A stretch of 64,000 nt of DNA from Trichosphaerium sp. ATCC 40318 (lineage: Eukaryota > Protista > Tubulinea): the NCBI GenBank assembly GCA_038496445.1, contig JALMLS010000130.1, positions 1 through 64,000 of the forward strand, in the 5' to 3' direction. Below the pieces are notes generated by a model. It saw only the letters and a list, made by a program, of their open reading frames with translations, made no database searches and had not been told where the DNA came from. Positions 59,801-64,000 of this stretch are shown here, piece by piece. The translations under genes were made by a program, and so were the position numbers. Within the stretch, counting starts at the first letter, position 1. The number at the start of each line of letters is the position of its first letter.

Positions 59801-62158
59801 AACAGCTCCTAAAATAACTCTGTTAAATACTATAAAAGCCCTAAGGACACTTCTTACCACCATTAACACGTGCTTGGTTATCTAAAAAGTATATATAACG
59901 CATTGTAACGTTGGTATTTGGGCCATAAAAATAGGCAGCTGCACCAGAAGATGCATAGTTGTTTATAAATTGCATATGCTCCATTGTTATGTTTTCGTTG
60001 AGGTATTCAACATAAAGCCCTCCACCGTTACTAGTCGAATTATTGTCCTGTAACAGGACGTGTCTTACATGTACGTTTTTAGATATATATATGAACATAG
60101 CACACCATCTTTGAAGGTTTGATCTAAGTAAGAAGTTATATTAGAAACATGGTGAGTATGTTAGCTAGCGATTCTTCCAAATCACCTTGTGCAGGTCGTT
60201 AGTTAACTTGGTAAATTACCTGAGGTTGATATGTTCAATAAGACCTCCTAGCACATGCCCAATATATAAAGCACCTATTTATAGAATAATTGGGATTGTG
60301 TAGGGTAGTTATAAAGCTATGATCACGTGTACTTACCAACTCCGCCAGCAATGTTGTTATCAAAGTCAAGGTATCTCATTGTAATGTTTCTAATTTCACT
60401 CCCCATAAAAATACCAGGACCGCTTGTTTCGCAGTAGTTGTGCGTAAATACTCCATTTTGTACAATGACATTTTCATTGCCATCAGCGAAGTATATACCT
60501 GCTCCATCAGATGCATTATTTCTGTCGAACATAAAATGTTCAATTATAAAGTCCTTAGTCACTCTCATATGTAAAGCACTATGTATATTGTTCCTAGAAC
60601 CTTGTTACAATGGAACCCAGTTTAAGCTATAGTGGGACAAGAATGACTTCAGTCTTTAAACGCCTTTTAAACCGAACTGATTGGGCAAGTTTTGAACATT
60701 TCCAGAAAAAAACGGGAAAATTGATACTACGTCACGCACGTGAAGTTGCTATTAGAAATGCCACCTGAAACTCCATCAAGACGAATAGCTATTGTAGTTA
60801 AGCCAGTATATAACTGAAGAAGGTAAGTACCTCCATCACTATTGCTATCAAAAGAACAATAATCCACGTTCACTACAGTGTTTGTAGAATCTCCTTTGAC
60901 GCCTAAACTATAAGCCAAACAAACTAAACACAAAAAAGACACGTACTAATTGCAGTCGATCCTCTTGTAAATACAGAGCCGTATACTTCAAGACCCACTT
61001 CACCTTCGGCGTAAACAACTCCTGTATACAATATAAGACTTTAACCTTGCACCAAAAACGAAGGGCATACCTGCAGACACCGTATTATTATCAAGTGTAC
61101 AATTCACAATCTTAGCTACAACGTTTTTCATGTGCACGACACCTAAACCACTGTTCCCCGTGAACGTCACCCTTTGTAATACATACGTGAGTATACCAAC
61201 CTGGAGCCAATACACGTACCTCGTTAAGTTCAGACTACTGTCTCTCACGTTCAATACACCATAGTTTTGAGTGTCTGAACCTTCAATTGCGACTTCGCCG
61301 CAGGTATTCGCTGTAAACGTGCAATCCCTAGAATAGCAATTAGCATCACAAAGAATCAACTTGTTTTTGTGTCAGTACGTGAAAGAAATGCCACATCCAC
61401 CGGAGGCAAAAAGGACTGAAGCTCCTTGATCGGGTACCTAAAGTGCTTGTTAAAATATATTGTATATGTTCAATGACGTACTACTTGTGTTCCGTTTGAC
61501 AGAACCTAGAAAACAAAAAAACAGTTAACAGAATTGAAGAGATAAAAACCAAAAAAGTATACGTACCTCGACAATTGGTGGATAAGTATCCACACAAATA
61601 GCATTTGTAAATATGATATTAGAAAAACTTATAAGTGACAAGTGTTCATCGTTAAAAGTTCTATTGCAACTTGGAATAAAAAACATGTAGTCTGTTTGGG
61701 AGCCGTCAATAACCGTTTCGCCTGATTCCGCTCCTTAACAATACCTTTATTCAGAAAATGGCGCTATACACGAAATTTAAGCAAATACCTCTTATTTCAA
61801 CGTCATGAAGCTCTACAGGCGTAGGCCAGTCCAATCGTGTATTATTAACGCCTTAAAATAGAATAAGCACGAAAAGGCATCAAAGATCATGTCATCGCTT
61901 TTAATTACCTGTATATACGCCACTGGCCATGTTAATAATGTCTCCTGGTTGTGATGACGTAAATAGAACGTATTCAAGGCTACGACAAGGTGCGTTTGCC
62001 ACAAGACATGTCCCGGAATCTTGTCCTAAACGCTTGTTAAACGCTAAACAAAAGGCCAAATTCAGCCTCATCATACCTGTTGGCGCGATGAACCTTGTAA
62101 TGCTTAACACAGCGCCAACCAACAGAGCAACTACTAAACCTTGCAGCGCCTGTTTCAT
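56810..62158 (-). CDS. Class C (GABA-B-like) GPCR with a pectin-lyase-like/Pmp beta-helix ectodomain
   Basis: Signal peptide, many F..N.A..GGA/GGG repeats, 7TM motifs ILSKTFRI.RIF, NVPSLYNESRW, MFIPKF, coiled-coil tail. Confidence 0.88.
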
Positions 62159-62231
62159 TATTGATTTTGGAGTTTTTAAACTTTTAGTTTGTAACTTAAC
62201 AAATTTTTTGAAAATTTTTGCCAGTGTTGTC

Positions 62232-62260
62232 TAGAGGTGGGCGTTTAACGGCTGTACCCG
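62232..62260. mobile_element. Solo end related to the 30.75-kb MITE
   Basis: tagaggtgggcgtttaacggctgtacccg versus the MITE right end (reverse complement) tagaggtggtcgctaaacggctatagccg, 24/29 identical. Confidence 0.5.
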
Positions 62261-62869
62261 GATAAATGTCTGCAGTAGGAACTGTTTACGTGTTTGTAAG
62301 GAGAAACTGTCAGAAAGTACAAATGTGACGTGTGAGACAAGTTAGCCAAAATTCGTATTTTGGTACGAGCTACTGTTCGTAGCTGGAGCTAGATTATCTA
62401 ATATTGCTATCGACATAGGCTTAAGAGTTTTATTTAACACTGTAACCCAAGTGAAATATGTACTTTCAAAAATTGCAATATTTTAAAAAGAAAAGTACCA
62501 ACCTCCTCTTTTTTTATTGCTCTACAAGGAGCATAGAGTCTGAAAAAGGGTTCAAAATTTTGCTGTGCTTCTAGGCATAACCTCACGTTCCAACAATATA
62601 ATCGACTATTAGAGCTAGTTAAAGGTAGAGAACTGAAACAAATAGTCAACGGTGGTGCCATTCAGTAAAGTGCAGTCAATGACTCTCGAATTCACAACAC
62701 AGCGAGTCCACTGCAGGCGGTGTTGGGTCTTCTATTTTAGAAATAAAGGTTATGTAAATTTTGGGTTGAGGTGATTTTTGATTTATTTTGTACAGGTAGG
62801 AGCCATAGAAGTACTTGACTAGTATGGCTTCATTTTTTTTCTTTTATGCGTTTTTACTTTCTGGTTTTT

Positions 62870-64000
62870 TTATGATACATCTTGTGCTAATGAAAGTGTA
62901 TCATCAGATGTTTGTGTTATACTTAGACACTTCTCATTAGCAAGATGCAATAAGCATATAAAGCAATATTGTACAGAAGCATCTTTATGCTTCTTTTGCA
63001 TCTTATCACTGAATCCAGCAAGAACATTCTTAAAATCAACAGGGTTTTCATTTTCTTCATCCTCATCGCTTTCATCAGTATCTTTATCCTAAAGCAAGAA
63101 AATATTGAGAATCATTAAAAGAACAAGCAGTTTAAACGTTAAAATGTGCAACAAGAAGAAAAGGGAACTGCAGTTGTAGAAATTAAAAAAAAACCAAAAA
63201 ATAAAGACTCTCGACTTTTTTCTTCAAGCTTGTGACGGCGTTTCTATACCTGTATTGATAGCTTGGTAAAACTCTTCCATATATCGCTTTTCAAAGCTTT
63301 AACATCTACACGCTTAGCAACAGTAGCATAGCTAATTGTATTCTCTCCTTTTGGTAAATCAGCAGCCTTTGGAAATAGTTAGAAAAAAATTATCCAAAAA
63401 ACAAAAAAAAGACTTGGCTAAAGTGTCGATCCAAAAAATAATATATAACACTGTACAAAATAATAGAGAAAAATCTGTAAATAAACACCATTGATCATGT
63501 GAATGATCAAGTAAGTTACTGCATAATGCAGAACGGGATTTTTTTTGAAACAAAAAAGTGACACAAAGAACGTTTTCGCCGAAAGCTACCTCTTCAAAAG
63601 CGAGCTGTGCTGTGAAATCTACTTGTGGACCATCAACATCGTCCATATCTAATCCACCAACACCACTATCTTGTTGTACAATATCCATCCACTCTTCAGG
63701 CTCAGCATCAACAGCACCATCAGGTGCTTCAGCAGCAGCTGTTAACTTTTTTCTTTTTTTGTGAGATGATATACGCCAATTGGGCTTATTAAATAATTGT
63801 GATAGCATAGAAATATCGTATTTAACATCAGGAGGTAGTAAAAGTTTTGACGATTCTCTTTCATTTTTTTCAAGAATTGACTTTGACAAGACAGTTGAGT
63901 AATTACCAGCCTTCTGGAACATCTTCTCGAACTCCTACAAGCGGGAAAATGTGTTAAAGAGTAAACCAAACATCAATACATAGAAAGCCACAACGAAAAA
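62870..64000 (-). CDS. NCAPH: Condensin I kleisin subunit H (Brn1/Barren), 3' part
   Basis: LLLPPDVKY..LSQLFNKP, ISYATVAKRVDVKALKSDIW, SVQYCFICLLHLANE. Confidence 0.92.

Noticed and set aside
63485-63535. Intronic ncRNA in NCAPH (two short hairpins)
   Set aside because: No C/D or H/ACA boxes, and stems this short are expected by chance in AT-rich DNA.
1-64000. Alternative genetic code
   Set aside because: Conserved genes translate fully with the standard code once introns are removed, and TAA, TAG and TGA all serve as stops.

Overview
Gene-dense, AT-rich eukaryotic nuclear DNA with the standard genetic code and many short introns (mostly 40-130 nt, donor often GTACG/GTAAG). The gene content (Dcd1-like hydrolase, DimA/DimB-type bZIP, filamin repeats, class C GPCR) suggests an amoebozoan-like protist; that assignment is inference. 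Most ORFs in the supplied track are exon fragments, so I spliced about 30 gene models by hand. They include a Kazal inhibitor, PHF5A, a SPRY protein, Ras, Zn-type Tdh, a filamin-repeat protein, a DEP-bZIP, a ubiquitin-like protein, F-box/LRR, ankyrin, two F-box/MORN, LURP1, PA-7TM, PPEF, C2, GH3, USP38, a class C GPCR and condensin H. Two tRNA genes sit inside PPEF introns and there is one hAT-type MITE. The most unusual signals are: (1) a structured non-coding block at 0.4-1.9 kb, a ~140-bp satellite of ACAC-N9-GTGT dyads around a flippable palindrome, followed by a 16-bp hairpin and inverted pairs of telomere hexamers; (2) a PHF5A that has lost one zinc site and carries a U12-type intron; (3) a DEP-bZIP fusion; (4) an orphan ubiquitin-like protein ending in ATG8-like ...NMFG; (5) strong enrichment of CACGTG, mostly in introns. 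All gene models are manual and have not been checked against transcripts or databases.
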